A DNA stretch of 64,000 nt, taken from contig NC_058368.1 in assembly GCF_018350175.1 (NCBI RefSeq), forward strand, positions 38,938,001-39,002,000. The letters run 5' to 3'. The DNA is from Felis catus. Lineage: Eukaryota. The translations under genes and the position numbers were made by a program. Under the pieces are notes generated by a model. The model did not search any database, was not told the DNA's origin, and saw nothing but the letters and a program-made list of their open reading frames with translations. Shown here piece by piece: positions 1 through 13,471 of the stretch; positions within the stretch are counted from its first letter, which is position 1; each line of letters starts with the position of its first letter.

Positions 1-254
1 CTTTGCTTTTCTTTATTAATTTTAGGCACTCTACTGTGTATACACTGGTGTTTTAGTGTTGTTTCATTTTGAGGATATGCCTTTTGTGAAACTCCTGATA
101 AAATTCTTCACCCATTTTTCTGTCTATATATTTTATTGGTATCTCCATATATAGATTTTTCTGCATTATCTAGGTCCTGGAGATGTAAAGTTAGGTGTGT
201 GCGTGCACGTGTGTGTGTATGTGTGTGTGATCTTTTTCTTTTTTTAATGTAGTG

Positions 255-1180
255 GACATCTATTATAAACTGTTTCCATTAGAACTAATTTCATTATATC
301 CTATAAGTTTTGGGTATGTTGTTTTTCATTTTCATTTGTTTTGAGATATTTTATTTTTCTTATGGTTTCTTCTTTGACCTATTAGTTTCATTTCTACACA
401 GTAGTGAATTTTCTGGTTTTCCATCTGCCATTGTTTTTTAGTTTCATACCATCGTGCTCAGAAAAGACACTTGGTATTATTTCAGTCTTCTTACATTTGC
501 TAAAATTTGTTTGGGGACCTGACATGTAATCTGCCCTAGAGAATGTCCCATGTGCACTAGAGAAGAATGTGTATTCTGCCGCTGTTGTGTGGAATGTTCT
601 ACATATGTCTGTTAGGTCCATAGGAACTTTAAAAGATAGTTCAAGTCATGGGGCATCTGGGTGGCTCAGTCAGGTGGGCATCCAGCTGCAGCTCAGGTCA
701 TGATCTTACAGTTTGTGAATTTGAGCCCCGCATCGAGCTCTGTGCTAACGGAGACTGGAGCTCAGAGCCTGGAGCCTGCTTCGAGTTCTGTGTCTCCCTC
801 TCTCTCTGCTCCTCCCCGCTCATGCTCTATCTCTCTCTCTCTCTCCTTCAAAAATAAATGAAAACATTAAAAAAACTTTTTTTAATGTAGTTCAGGTCAG
901 TTTTTCCTTGTTGATTTTCTGTCTGGATGATCTATCCATTGTTGAAGTAGGGTTATTAGGGGTATCCCTAATATTATTGTATTACTGTCTATTTCTCTCT
1001 GTTAGTATTTGCTTAATATATTTAGGTGCTTCAATATTAGGGGCATGTACATTTACAATTGTTATATCCTCTTGATGACTTGACCCCTTTATCATTAATT
1101 AATAGCCTTCTTTGTCTCTTACAGTTTTTGACTTAAAGTCTACTTCTTCTGATACAAATATAGGTACTCCTGCTCCCTCT
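255..1180 (-). mobile_element. Old L1 fragment, ORF2 endonuclease region, interrupted by a SINE
   Basis: Minus ORF 394-621 MDLTDICRTFHTTAAEYTFFSSAHGTFSRADYM matches the L1 ORF2 endonuclease motif (DLTDIYRTFHP..AEYTFFSS.HGTFSRIDH); L1-like sequence resumes after the SINE. Confidence 0.9.
650..885 (+). mobile_element. CAN-SINE (felid type)
   Basis: GGGGCATCTGGGTGGCTCAGTC head, (CT)n, AATAAA and A tail; imperfect TSD tagttcaagtca/tagttcaggtca. Confidence 0.95.
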
Positions 1181-1879
1181 TATGTACTATTTTTCTCATT
1201 TCAATTAGTTGTTCGTGTTTCCTTATAGTTCACTGAATTTCTTTAAGAGGATTACTTTGAATTCTTTGTCATACAACTGATAAATATCCATTTCTTTAAG
1301 GTTAGTCATTGGAGTTTTATTAGTTTTCTTTGGTTGTATCATATTTCCTTGATTAATCATGATCCCTGTGGCTTTGTGTTGGTGTCTCCAATTTCAAGGA
1401 AGTAGGCTCTTCTTTTAATGTTTAGGTACTGGCTTTGATAGATAAACTCTTCACCAGTCAGCCCATCAAGAAGTTGAATGGGCCATTTTTTGGTTCATGG
1501 GTAGGCTTGTTGCTCGAGTCCTTGCGTAGGCCAGTCTGGTGCCTGGGTCAGCAGATGAGCAGGCCTAGTGCTTGAATACATGGCAACCAGCCTGGTTCCT
1601 GGACCTGTGAGAACAGGCTTGGCCCTGGGGGCCACTGAAGTAGGCTTAGCATCTGGGTCCATGGAGATGCTTCCATACCAAAATAGGTAGGCCAGGGCCT
1701 GGGTTCATGGGAGACCCCTGGGAGCCAGGTACCATGGAGTCACAGGGGGATACTGGCTCTCACTTCACTTTCTTTTTCTCTTAGGGTGAATCTCTTTCTG
1801 TCTTGGCACTGGGCTGCCTGGGCTTGCTAGAGTGGTGGGGGGGGGGGTGGGGGGGAATGTGAATATCTTTTTACCCTTC

Positions 1880-1928
<49 letters not shown>

Positions 1929-2040
1929 CATTCTGGTGATGTGATGACTCACCTGGAATTGTTAGCTCTTGTGAAGGTATTTTTGGTTGTGGATAGTTAT
2001 TCAAATTAATGTTTCTGAGAGGAACGGTTGCTAACTTCAC
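1180..2040 (-). mobile_element. Old L1 ORF1/5' region
   Basis: Contiguous with the ORF2 fragment; recurring gcctgggtccatgg-like motifs resembling old L1M 5' ends. Confidence 0.55.
1884..1926. repeat. (TG)n microsatellite
   Basis: Pure TG run seen directly. Confidence 0.98.
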
Positions 2041-3244
2041 TCAAACTCAATAATTTAAGTGTATTTGAAATCATCAGCCATTTACTTTGTGGTTTATTAT
2101 TTTTATGTCTTTATTATTCAAGGTCACGAAGATGTTTTACATTTCTTTCTAAAGAAAGAAAGAATGCACCTGAGTGAAGAAAGAGTATAGCTGAACAAAG
2201 GAGGTAATACATTTAATTAAGAAAAAGTGAAATTTGGATGTATTATTTTACTCATTAAGCAGAAAATTAAAAAAAAATCTTACTGCTTTCCTCTCAATTT
2301 AGGAATAAGTTTACCAAACATTTCAGATAATCATACTTATGTGTCAATGTATATTTGATTATGGAATATTTAAGCTAATAGTTTATCATATATAAAAAAT
2401 GTATGACTTTTATTTTCTTTTCTAACTTCTAGAATGCATTGCTGAGGTACTGAGGAAAATCGAATTATATCTGATAGTTCAAGTTCAAACTATGACTTTT
2501 ACTTTAATGTAACAGATATGAATTCTAAGTAATATTGTTATTTGAACTCTATGAATTTTACTTCAATTATTTTTTTCAAATAATTCTATTAATATAATCA
2601 TAAATGACATCTTTTCATGTTGTCTAGGTTCAATTCCTTTTGCCCATGAAATATTCATTTTATTTTGTCCTTGGCTACTTTATAGATATTAAATTAATTT
2701 GATAGAAAATTATTATGAAACATTTTACAAAATATTCTCTCCTTTAAATTATGAGCCTAATTATCATGTGAATAAGGAGATTGTGAAACACATATGCAGC
2801 AAGTTTCAAAACTTCTTGTATCTTTTATTACTATATTTACCAAATTCTTACTACCTCTCCCTTTCTTTGTACCTCTCAGAGCCACAGAGCCATAAACAGT
2901 GTGATATTAAGAGAAGAAAAAATGCATTTAAATAATAAGACTTGTTCTTTAAATCTTGTATTAAATTAATTTTTTGGATATACTTTTTATCAAAAAACAT
3001 AAGAAGAGAAATTAACAGAATATTGTGCCAGATATTGTTCTGAAAGTAATTTATAGAAATGCCTTCTAATTAAAAAATGAGCATATTGATTTGAGTCAAG
3101 AATAGAGTTTTCATATTTTGAAACAGTAAACTGTCTTTAGTTTGTTAAGATTAAGATAAATGGAAGAGAGAGGGCTTGTGCTTGAAACCCAGATCTGTTA
3201 CTCACTGCTTACAAGCAGTAATAATCTGTATATATTAAAATATA

Positions 3245-3505
3245 TACAAAATAAGATAAGATAAAACCAGAGAGGGAGGCAAACCATAAGAGACTCTTAA
3301 CTATAGAAAAGAAACTGAAGGTTCCTGCAGGGGTGGTGGGCAGGGTATGGGCTAAATGGGTGATGAACATTAGGGAGGGCACTTGTTGGATGAGCACTAG
3401 TGTTATATATAAGTGATGAATCACTAAATTCTACTCTGGAAACCAATACTACACTATATGTTAACTAACTTGAATTTAAATAAAATCTTGGAAAGAAAAA
3501 AAAAG
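3245..3505 (+). mobile_element. Carnivore L1 3' UTR fragment
   Basis: gagggaggcaaaccataagagactcttaa...gatgaatcactaaattctact...aataaa plus A tail. Confidence 0.9.
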
Positions 3506-3587
3506 GATAGATAGATATAGATATAGATAGATATAGATATAGATATAGATATAGATATAGATATAGATATAGATATAGATGATATAG
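3506..3587. repeat. (GATATA)n/(GATA)n microsatellite at the L1 tail
   Basis: Seen directly. Confidence 0.95.
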
Positions 3588-4619
3588 TTATCAACGATGG
3601 AAATGAGTATAAATAAGTGTGAGTAGACCCATATAATCATATAGATGCATAAATGTTCAGGTGGGCCTGGTAAATATTCAAATATACACAAGCACCACAA
3701 GTTTCTCTATTGCTGTCTTTTTTAATGTTAATAATAAGTGGCCATTGAAAAGTGTTCAAATAGTTACATGTTGGAAAATTGAAGATGACTTTTTCTGTTG
3801 ATTTAAAAAATATAGTGGTAAAACCTATATATAGTGGTAAAACCAAAAAAGTAGTTTTGACACCTTTTAAACTGCTGTGTATGAGCTGTTTTAATTGAAT
3901 TCTTTTGTACAGGCATCATATACAAAATTCAAGTTAGGTTCAAGATAGATAGATAGATAGTAACATAGATACAAAGAAAATGGGAAGAAGTTGATAAAAA
4001 AAAGTGTAAAAGGGGAAAAAAGAAAAAAAATAGAGCTATAGAAATCTAAATAAAAATATAGACCAGCAGCCTTATTTTACAGTACGAGCTATGGGTGACA
4101 AGTATTTCAGAAACATAGCTGTTAGTACTTGACCAGCCTATTGACTTTTAATATTACAAACTTGAATTGAATTAATGGCTAGCTGTAACTTCTAATGAAG
4201 AGTATCGCTATAATAATCTAAAGGAGCAGAACATTACTTAAGAAATTCTGACATCTCTTTAACACAAATTGAGAAAGTAAAGAATAGTATTAATAAGCAT
4301 TAGTATAAACAAAAGCAAAACAAAACAAATTTTAGATCAGCAGACCACTTTTATAGGAAACAATAACAATGAGATTGCTATGGTTTTGATGTTGTTTTAA
4401 CATATTCATTATATGTAAAATAACATCTCTAAAAATTTGGGCAATATCACCAATTTTCAATTTCTATAGATGAATTAAGGCTCTCACAGTACCCTTGCTT
4501 TTACTTCTTCAAATATAAGTGATCTGGTTTTAGATAAATGACAACACTTACAGCAGACTTTAGACAGTGGTGATCTGTTGTGTTTTTGTTTTTGTATTTT
4601 GCTTATTTCAGAAATTTGC

Positions 4620-5192
4620 TATTTTTATTTTTATTTTATTTTTATTTTTTTAAATATAATTTATTGTCAAATTGGCTAACATACAGTGTATAAAATGGGC
4701 TCTTTGTTTTTGGGGTAGATTCCTGTGGTTCAACGCTTACATACAATACCCAGTGTTCATCCCAACAAGTGCCCTCCTCAATGCCCATCATCCATTTTCT
4801 CCTCTTCCCCACCTCCCCCATCCACCCTCAGTTTGTTCTGTGTGTTTAAGACTCTCTTGTGGTTTGCCTTCCCCCTTTTTGTTTGTAACTATTTTTTCCC
4901 CTTCCCTTCTCCCATGGTTTTCTGTTAAATTTCTCAAGATCCACATATGAGTGAAAACATATATCTGTCTGTCTCTGACTGACGTATTTCACTTAGCATA
5001 ATACCCTCCAGTTCCACCCATGCTATTGCAAATGGCAAGATTACATTCTTTCCATTGCCAAGTAGTATTCCATTGTGTATATAAACCACATCTTTTTATC
5101 CATTCATCAGTTTATGGTCATTTGACTCTTTCCATAATTCTGGCTATTGTTGATAGTGCTGCTATAAACATTGGGGTACACCTGCCCTTATG
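4620..5192 (-). mobile_element. Carnivore/felid L1 3' end
   Basis: T-rich tail, then tttattgtcaaattggctaacatacag...cccagtgttcatcccaacaagtgccctcc...catatgagtgaaaacata...gctgctataaacattggggt. Confidence 0.92.
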
Positions 5193-5496
5193 TGTCGAAG
5201 GGTTCTAATAAGATTTAAGCATAGGCTACATGGCAGAGTCTACTGAGACAATGACTGCACAGTTAAACAACAACAAAAAATCATGGAGAGCCATGTACAC
5301 TGAGACAAGGAATTTAAATTTTCTTTTAAAGGCATTGTAGAATTAGATCATATAAGTAAAATTGTTGGCTTCCTGGGTTAGAAAGATTGCTGTATTAGAA
5401 ATATAGAGCATGCTTGGAGAGAGGCAAGGATAATCTGGAGGTTAACATAGCCTCTGAGAATGACATTTGTGACATTAGTCTAAATTAGAGGTGTGA

Positions 5497-5708
5497 GGGG
5501 TGCTTGGGTGGCTCACTGGGTTAGCTGAGCATCTGACTCTTGATTTCAGCTCAAGTCATGATCTTAGGGTCTTGGGGTTGAGCCCTGCATTAGGCTCTCT
5601 CTCCCTCTCCCTTTGCCCACCCTCCCTCATTTGCACGTGCAAGCACGCGCGCTCTCTCTCTCAAAATAAATGAATGAATGAATGAATGAATGAATGGATG
5701 AATAAATA
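5497..5708 (+). mobile_element. CAN-SINE (older)
   Basis: SINE head, (TGAA)n tail, TSD agaggtgtga. Confidence 0.92.
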
Positions 5709-6199
5709 AGAGGTGTGAGACTTAGCATGGAAAGGAGGGGCATATTTTATGGAGCACAAGCTCATACTGTACCTATCATTTCTAAGAGTGACTACTTTTC
5801 CTTTTATTGACTAATAGCTACAAAATACTTTGTTCTCAGATGTGTTTATGAATCTTTTAGTGAGCTGCAAGAGTTTTGGCAATGCTAAAGTAAGTTTAGA
5901 GGAAGTATTTGTTGAGAGTGTATTCATTTGTGAGGGTGTGTTTTCAGTGACAACTTGTATGAATTGTTTAGTGGGTCAAAAGAAGTCAGAACTGTGAGAA
6001 ACTGGGAACCGTATGTTGCTAATATCATAGTTGTTACAAGGTACACATGTGTGGAAGCCTTTATCTCCATGACTATCTGAAAATGGCCACTTGATAAATG
6101 TGACTTTCCTTCCATCCCTCTTTGATTCCCTCTTTTACTCTTACTGGAATCTGCAAGTGCCTAAGTCTGCTGAATTACATTAAAAGGAAATAATGCTTC

Positions 6200-6482
6200 A
6201 GGATGCCTGGGTGGCTTATTTGGTTTAGTGTCCAACTGTTGGTCTCAGGTCATGATCTCAGGGTTCAAACCCCATATTGGGCTCCACACTGGGTGTGAAG
6301 CCTACAAAAAGAAAAAAAAAGAGGTGTACCTGGGTTGATCGCTTGGTTAAGCATCCAACTCTTAATTTTGGCTCAGGTCATGATCTCAAGGTTGAGATCA
6401 AGCCCCACTTTGGGGATTGGGATTCTCTCTCTCTTTCCCTCACTTGCAGGCAAGCTCTTTCTCTCTCTTAAAACATTTTTAA
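6200..6482 (+). mobile_element. Two head-to-tail CAN-SINEs inside one TSD
   Basis: Heads at ~6200 and ~6322; TSD aaaaggaaataatgctt (6182-6198) / aaaaggaaatagtgctt (6483-6499). Confidence 0.85.
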
Positions 6483-7265
6483 AAAAGGAAATAGTGCTTG
6501 AATTGTAAATAATTGTTTTCTATGAGTTAGGAATCTCTTTTGTTTTATGTCCATCTGTTACTGGGTTGCTTAGTTCTTGTTCCAAATGCAGTTGGAGACC
6601 TGAGACTAGAATGGGGAAATAGATTTTATGGAGTAGGTAAGTATAGTACACTTTCAAAAGTGAAAGGGAGACACTGCCAGTGGCAATGGCACCTGGAAGC
6701 TCTAGCTACATCCTTTTAAGCTTCCTTTCTGCATATGTAAATTTGGCTTTAATTGATATTTTTGATTGACAGCTGGTGGTTGTATATTTTGGCTTCTGCG
6801 CCATGCGCCTAAAGGGCAAATTGCACCTTTTGTGCACAGGCTCAGATTTTAGAAGTCCCCTTGGGGCACTTGAGCCAGCTCTGGCTCCTCCTGTTCTGTT
6901 AACCCTGGGGTGGGGGGGCCTCTGAGGGTGTGGTCAGCACATGCTTCATCTCTCCTAGCTCTTGCCTAACAACTGCCTAACAAGTCCATTTCAACTTCCA
7001 TTGTATTTTGTGATGTGTGGGTATGTAGCTATATAGAAAAGTAGAGTGATAAGAAACAATGGTATTTCTTCTCCATTGATGTAAACATGATATTAAAAAA
7101 GTGTTGTTTTAGTTAACAAACTGAGGTACTTATATCTACTTGATCGGTAAAATAATACCTCATTCTCATACTTGCCTGTTAAAAAAACATAAGAATGTAC
7201 AATATATTTTTTGCCAACCTATTTTACAGAAGCTCATTTATTCATCTATTCACTTATAGAAATAT

Positions 7266-7770
7266 TGAGAGTCCTCTAACCTCTGAGACTGAGAGACCTC
7301 TAACCTCAGAGACTTCTAAACCTCTGAAGAAGACTTTCTTTAGGTCAATTTATTTGAAAAATTGGTTAGGAAAGCTTACAGAAAAAGATCACTCTGTATA
7401 TAAAATATGCTTACTAAAATTACGTTGTCTAAGGAGAAAATGAATATTGCATAAATTTTTAGGTTGTTCTCCAAAGCAGCATCTAAGAAGGGGGAAATGG
7501 GTTTTCTATTCAAAGGACTTTTCAACAAACACAGCAGAAAGGAGACCTTTCACTTATGATCGATAAAAGTCTACATAACAAACAACACTTTGCTCTCTCC
7601 ATAAGAAAGACTGTTTTCTTCTCAGGGACCAATACCTAACAAACAAGGCTGGAAGATAAAGATGTATTGTTCAGACCAATTATGCTGAAGAGAAACATAA
7701 ATAAAGGCTGTGGCTTTGTGTCAGTTTCAGGCACATCTCTTGGACAAGAAACGTGAAACACTACAGCTAT
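7266..7770 (+). mobile_element. Possible old ERV1-type LTR remnant
   Basis: Composition and an AATAAA followed by a GT-rich stretch are LTR-like; begins with a 24-bp tandem duplication (7266-7313). Family not recognised. Confidence 0.3.
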
Positions 7771-8562
7771 GAAGCCTCAACAAAGCAAAGTAGAACATTT
7801 TTAAAAAGAGTTATGTTAATCTATTTTTCTTTTATGTTCCTATCTTGAATTTAAAGATTAAGAATAAATAAATTGAAGCAATGCCATAAACTTAAAATGA
7901 TATATCCTTTGATTGAAAAGATCAAAAAGTTTATAAGTAAAAGAACCACATAATATGATTTGGAATTTGCCTAAAAGTGTATTTCTTGAGTTGCATAAAT
8001 TATTTGACTAAGGCATTTTATTTTTTCATTTTCCCCTAATGCACCTCATTGCAGCATTTTACCTAAGATATTTGTTTCTTAAATCTGATGTTAAATTTCT
8101 CTATATCTCTCTGTTTATTTCTCTCTCTATATATATATCTAATCTGTATTTGGGCAGAAGGATTTTGCTAGATTTTTTTTTATGTATAGTATTCGATGCT
8201 ATATTAACAGAACTTAGTGATTTTTAGGCATGTGTGATGGGCAGAAGTCAGTGTTGATGTCTCAGCTCCTAGTGGCATTATCATTTAGTGTGTGTTAGAA
8301 TGCCAATGAAGAAGCAGGTTTTCCAGAGAAGTTAATGACTTCAGTTTTGGAAACTTGGATTCTGTGGTTCTTGAAGCTTTTCTAATTGCAAATGTCGATA
8401 TATAGGTTAGAAAGCAATTTTTGGATCTCAAGGAAAAAATATGAACTAGAAATTACTGCATGAAGAATATTAAGTACAGGTATTGTGTTTAGTGTGAAAA
8501 TAAATGAATAAATTTTAAGATAAACTGCAGTTTTATTATCTCTATATATCTATATATTATTT

Positions 8563-8781
8563 AAAAAATTTTTTTCAACGTTTTTTATTTATTTTTGGGA
8601 CAGAGAGAGACAGAGCATGAACGGGGGAGGGGCAGAGAGAGAGGGAGACACAGAATCAGAAACAGGCTCCAGGCTCCGAGCCATCAGCCCAGAGCCTGAC
8701 GCGGGGCTCGAACTCACAGACCGCGAGATCGTGACCTGGCTGAAGTCGGACGCTTAACCGACTGCGCCACCCAGGCGCCCC
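8563..8781 (-). mobile_element. Young felid CAN-SINE
   Basis: CpG-intact GGGGCGCCTGGGTGGCGCAGTCGGTTAAGCGTCCGACTTCAGCCAGGTCACG on minus; TSD tctatatattattt. Confidence 0.97.
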
Positions 8782-8879
8782 TCTATATATTATTTTAATA
8801 GGCTTAATGAGCCCACTTATGTGACCTATACCATGAAGAACTAACATATTTTGTTTATAAATTATTTCTCTGACTCTTA

Positions 8880-9960
8880 TATAGTATGTTACAAAGTTAA
8901 CAGTAATTAAAACAGTACATTTCTGGCATAAAGACAGAGATAAAGACTAATGGAACAGAATAGAGACCAGAATTAAACCCATGCATATATAGTCAATTGA
9001 TATCCAGCAACGGTATCAAGAATACATAATGAACAAAAGATAGCTTTTTTAACAAATAGAGTTGGGAAAACTGGATGTCAACATGCAAAAGAATAAAATT
9101 GGACCCCTATCTAAACATCATACACAAAAGTGCACTCAAAATGAGTTAAAGACTTAACAATAAGACCTAAAACTGTAAAACATATGTAAAACCTAACAGT
9201 ATGGAGGCTCCTCAGAAGACTAAAGGTAAACTACCCTACAATTTAGCAATCCCATTTCTGAGTATCCAAAAATTGAAATCAGAATCTCAAGGAGATATCA
9301 ACACTCCCATGTACATTGCAGCACTATTCACAATAACCAAGATATGGAAACAATCTAAATGTCTGTCAACAGATGTGGGGGAAATATGTGGTATATACGT
9401 ATAGTGGAATACTATTCAGCCTTAAAATATAAGGAAATCCTGCCATTTTCTACTACATAGATAAAACTGAAGGACATTATGCTGAATGAAATAGGCCAGA
9501 CAGAAAGACAAATACTGCATGATTCCACTGACATTTGGTACCTAAAATATTTAAACTCATAGAAGCAGAAAATACAGAATAGAATAGAATAGGGTAGAAT
9601 AGAATAAAACCATATTATGGTTACCATATTTTAGGGTGGAAGGAAGGAGGAAATCAAGACTTGTTCAATTGGCATGAAGTTTGGAGATCTAACATACAGT
9701 ACAATACCTGTAATAAACAATACTGTATTGTTCATTTAAAAATTTGTAAGAGAGTAGTTCTCATGTTAAGTGTTCTTACCACACACGCAAAAGGGGACAC
9801 ATAAAAATTTTGGAAGTGTTAGGCACATTTATTGTCTTAATCGTGGTGATGGTTGCATATGTTTATGCTAATGTCTAAACTCATCAAATCATGTATGTTA
9901 AATATGTGCAGATTTTTGTATATCAATTATACTGCAATAAATCTGTTTAAAATTTTTAAA
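8880..9960 (+). mobile_element. L1 (L1MA/MB-like) ORF2 C-terminal fragments and 3' UTR
   Basis: aatggaacagaatagag...gggaaaactggat...cattgcagcactattcacaataaccaagatatggaaacaatctaaatgtc...aataaa; ORF 9201 PMYIAALFTITKIWKQ. Confidence 0.92.
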
Positions 9961-10052
9961 GAATATTGATAAATATATGCTGTCTAAATGAATAGATTAA
10001 GAACTGAGTTTCAATGTTAAAATCTAGAAGTGGGTGATGGTATAAGGAATTA

Positions 10053-11296
10053 CAGTAAAACCTTGGTTTGCGAGCATAATTCATTCAGGAAACATGCTTG
10101 TAATCCAAAGCACATGTATATCAAAGTGAATTTCCCCTTAAGAAATCATGGAAACTCAGATGATTCATTCCACAATCCAAAAATATTCATATAAATATGA
10201 TTATAATACTGTATTATAATACAAAATAATAGAGAAAATGCAAAATATAAAGAAAAATAAATTAACCTGCTCTTACCTTTGAAAACCCTCGTGGCCAATG
10301 TGAGGGAGACAAGAGAGAGTTGGGTAATTGTGTAGGATGACATTCACTATCACTAACGGAATGACTGCTATCTATTGGCTCATAGAATCTTTTTCTTTTT
10401 GTGCAACTTTAACGAGGAACCTATCCGATGACACTTGGTTTGGCCTCCTTTTGAGGATTTGCGGAAATGTAACATTGCATTGTCATTAAACAGATTCATC
10501 ACTCGCACTGTTACATACAGACTTATTCAGGTGGTGCTTTTGTACAAAATTTTGCATTGTCTCCCACATTTTACGTATCTCCCCAATCTCACTTGCAGTG
10601 AGGGATTCCTTCGCCTTTTTCTCCTCCTCTGCAGATGAGATGCAGACAGACACTTCTTATAAAATGTTGCAATTTCAGCCACTTGTATACCTTCTTTGTA
10701 CTTCTCAATGTGGTTTCCTTCTTAACTTCCACCATAATCATCTTCTTCTTGCCACCTTTCTTTTCAATCTTTTTCTGCATGTGGGCCATTGTATACACTC
10801 ACACGGATGTTGACTACAGTACATTATTAATAAACTCTTCTCATATAATGTATTTAATATAACTGGCAGTAAGGCAGCAGAAGAAAGTGTCTGTATCTGC
10901 AGGCAGCCTGGCCTAGAATGAAGCGCAAAGCGTTCCTAAGCTTACTCTTGTGTGAGAAAGCAAAGGACTGTCCATAGGTGCCTTGAAGTGACAAAAAATA
11001 CACTAGTGCCAGGTGTGGGCACCTTCCAATGTTCTGAAGAATCACTGATTTCTTCCAAACACCAACCACATCCTGAGACCAAGCATCTGAGCACGGGAGA
11101 CAATCACCCACAATTTCACAGAGAGAAAGAGAGAGAGAGAGAAGAACCATTGGCTCAGTTGTGGTCATGTGACACTTGGCATCACGTACTATTCATATTA
11201 CAAGACATCACTTGTTTATCAAGTTAAAATTTATTAGAAACATTTTCTCATCTTGCAAAACACTTGTAGAACAAGTTACAATTCAAGGTTTTACTG
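10053..11296 (-). mobile_element. Tigger/pogo (Tc1-mariner superfamily) DNA transposon, internally deleted
   Basis: 13-bp perfect TIRs cagtaaaaccttg / caaggttttactg; TA at the left junction (right reads AA). Minus-strand transposase N-terminus KKMIMVEVKKE..IEKYKEGIQVAEIATFY (one frameshift) is joined to a C-terminus IRKMWETMQNFVQKHH..NLFNDNAMLHFR; no DDD domain. Confidence 0.9.
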
Positions 11297-12264
11297 AATA
11301 TTTTTAATCACTCATCACTAAAAGTTTATTTTGCTGGATATGAGACAAAAGGCCTGATTCAGTATCAACATATTCTTATGTTCATGTGTTGGACATTTTT
11401 TATATTAAAGCAATCTGTATAGTTTCAGAAAATATACAATATTCCCTGTGGCTACCTAATGTCAATCCAGCCCCGTCCTAAAATTCTTTGGCTGCTATTG
11501 CTTTTACCTGCTGAATCTACAGAACTGTTTTGTTGTTATTGTTGTCGAAAATATTACAGAAACAAATTAGTTATATTGATAGATATTTGAGAGTTTTTAT
11601 CTGGGATATACCCCCCAAAATGGTAGGGTAAGTGTGAAAATGTGATAGAGATTTATTAGGGTGTATTCGTTTCTTATTATTAAGTCCTTCTATAGACCTC
11701 AAATTAAAATAAAATTTAGATACAAAAGTTTTTATAAGGTAAGGATTCCCAGTCATAGGAAACATTAATATATATACAAGTCATGAACTAACTCAGGGAA
11801 CACTTGCTTATCTCTCCTTGAGAGTTCTTTAAACCTACAGGGATAATACCATAGTTAATTTTATATCTGTAATCTATCTTTGGATCTTCTGCCAAGATTG
11901 CTAAGAAGGCAGTCATATCAATTATGCAGATTTGTTTCATGATCTGGCTATTTCTACCTTAATAATTGGACTTTAGGATGAATTCCTTTCACATAGGCCA
12001 ATAAACATTCAACAGTTCTAACCACAAAATATTGTACATGCAAAGATTTTCAAAACTTTTTAATACAATTTTTAAATCTAAGTGAAGGGAACAATAGTTT
12101 CCTTTGATGAATAATAACCTGATATTATTTGTAGGGCTTTTTAGTACTTTTATCACTGTCTTCCTGTTGGAAGAGAGTATATTTATTCATTTGTGGTTTC
12201 ACTATATACAGAAGGTATAAAATGATTAGAAGAGGAGCAGAATTTGAATGGTTCCCTTATTAAT

Positions 12265-12630
12265 TAATTAATTGATTTATTTATTTTACATCCAAGTTAG
12301 CATATGTGCAATAATGATTTCAGGAGTAGAATCCAGTGATTCATCACCAACATATAACACCCAGTGCTCATCCCAGGTGTCTTCCTTAATGTCCTTTACC
12401 CACAACCCCTCCAGCAACCCTCAGTTTATTCTCTGTATTTAAGAGTCTCTTATATTTTGTCCCCCTCCCTGTTTTTATATTATTTTTGCTTCCCTTCCCT
12501 TATGTTCATCTGTTGTGTATCTTAAATTCCACATATGAGTGAAGTCATATGATATTTGTCCGTCTTTGACTAATTTTTTTTTAGCAAAATACCCTCTAGT
12601 TCTATCCATGCTGTTGCAAATGGCGAGATT
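12265..12630 (-). mobile_element. Carnivore L1 3' UTR fragment
   Basis: atataacacccagtgctcatc...ttaagagtctctta...ccacatatgagtgaagtcata...ttgcaaatggc. Confidence 0.9.
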
Positions 12631-12959
12631 TAAAAAAAAAAGGCTCATGAGTAAAGCTATGTAATATTCTATTAGGGACGATAGTGAGACAGAGTAATAA
12701 AATGGGGTTTAAGAGTGAAAATAAATGGTTTCCTTAAATTGTTTATAAACAGATAAAATTAAATTCAATATGAATAATTTCGTTGAATCAGGAAAATAGA
12801 AGGTTAAGCAAAATTTCCTAGGATAATATCTGGGCTCATAATTAAAATCATGGCATCATGAGTCAATAATATATTTCTATGTTTAGCAGACCTATAAATA
12901 TTACTGTACATTGGGGCTCAAATGAGCTAAAAGGGATAGTGTAACACTGTGCAGAACTG

Positions 12960-13112
12960 CCAACCAATCCAGAATTCAAAGTTATATATAACTAACTACG
13001 TCCTTTGGCCTTGGAAAGATTACTAAATTCACAGACTTAATTTCTTTCTCTCTACAATAGTTTAATCACAACTATTCTGATTACTTTGCAGGGATCTTGT
13101 GAGGTGAATAAC
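12960..13112 (+). mobile_element. MIR fragment
   Basis: ccttggaaagattactaaattc...ctttgcagggatcttgtgagg, resembling the MIR core. Confidence 0.5.
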
Positions 13113-13471
13113 ATTATTGCTGATTCAAGGTCAAGACAAAAGTGAGATTATAATATTTCGTGTTTCAGTGAAGATATTTTATGTACTTATCAAGTATTAT
13201 ATCCTGGAGGGTGGTTCAAAGTTAAACAAGTCTTGTTCTCTGGAAGGAACTAGTGATCTTGTTTTTTGGAGTAGGGAGTAACCAGAAGAACAAAAGAAAT
13301 CCTCACAAATAGATTAATGAGATATGCACCAAAAACTCCAAAAGGGTAATCTGCTTGAGGACATTTGATTGAGGGAGTTAAAATTGAAGAAGTTTCCATA
13401 TATAAGGTATAATTTGAACTGGACTTTGAATAGTAAAAATACAGTTATCAAGAGGTGAGGTAGACTGTGGT

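Noticed and set aside
1836..1855. G-runs suggesting a G-quadruplex
   Set aside because: Short homopolymer expansion inside an old L1; no functional context.
2430..4330. Protein-like translations (ORF 2699-2935; KNIDQQPYFTVRAMGDKYFRN at ~4055-4120) suggesting a viral or pseudogene relic
   Set aside because: Frequent stops, no recognisable family, and compatible with random AT-rich DNA.
7266..7335. Short direct repeats that could look like a CRISPR array
   Set aside because: Tandem 24-bp duplication with no spacers; mammalian DNA with no cas genes.
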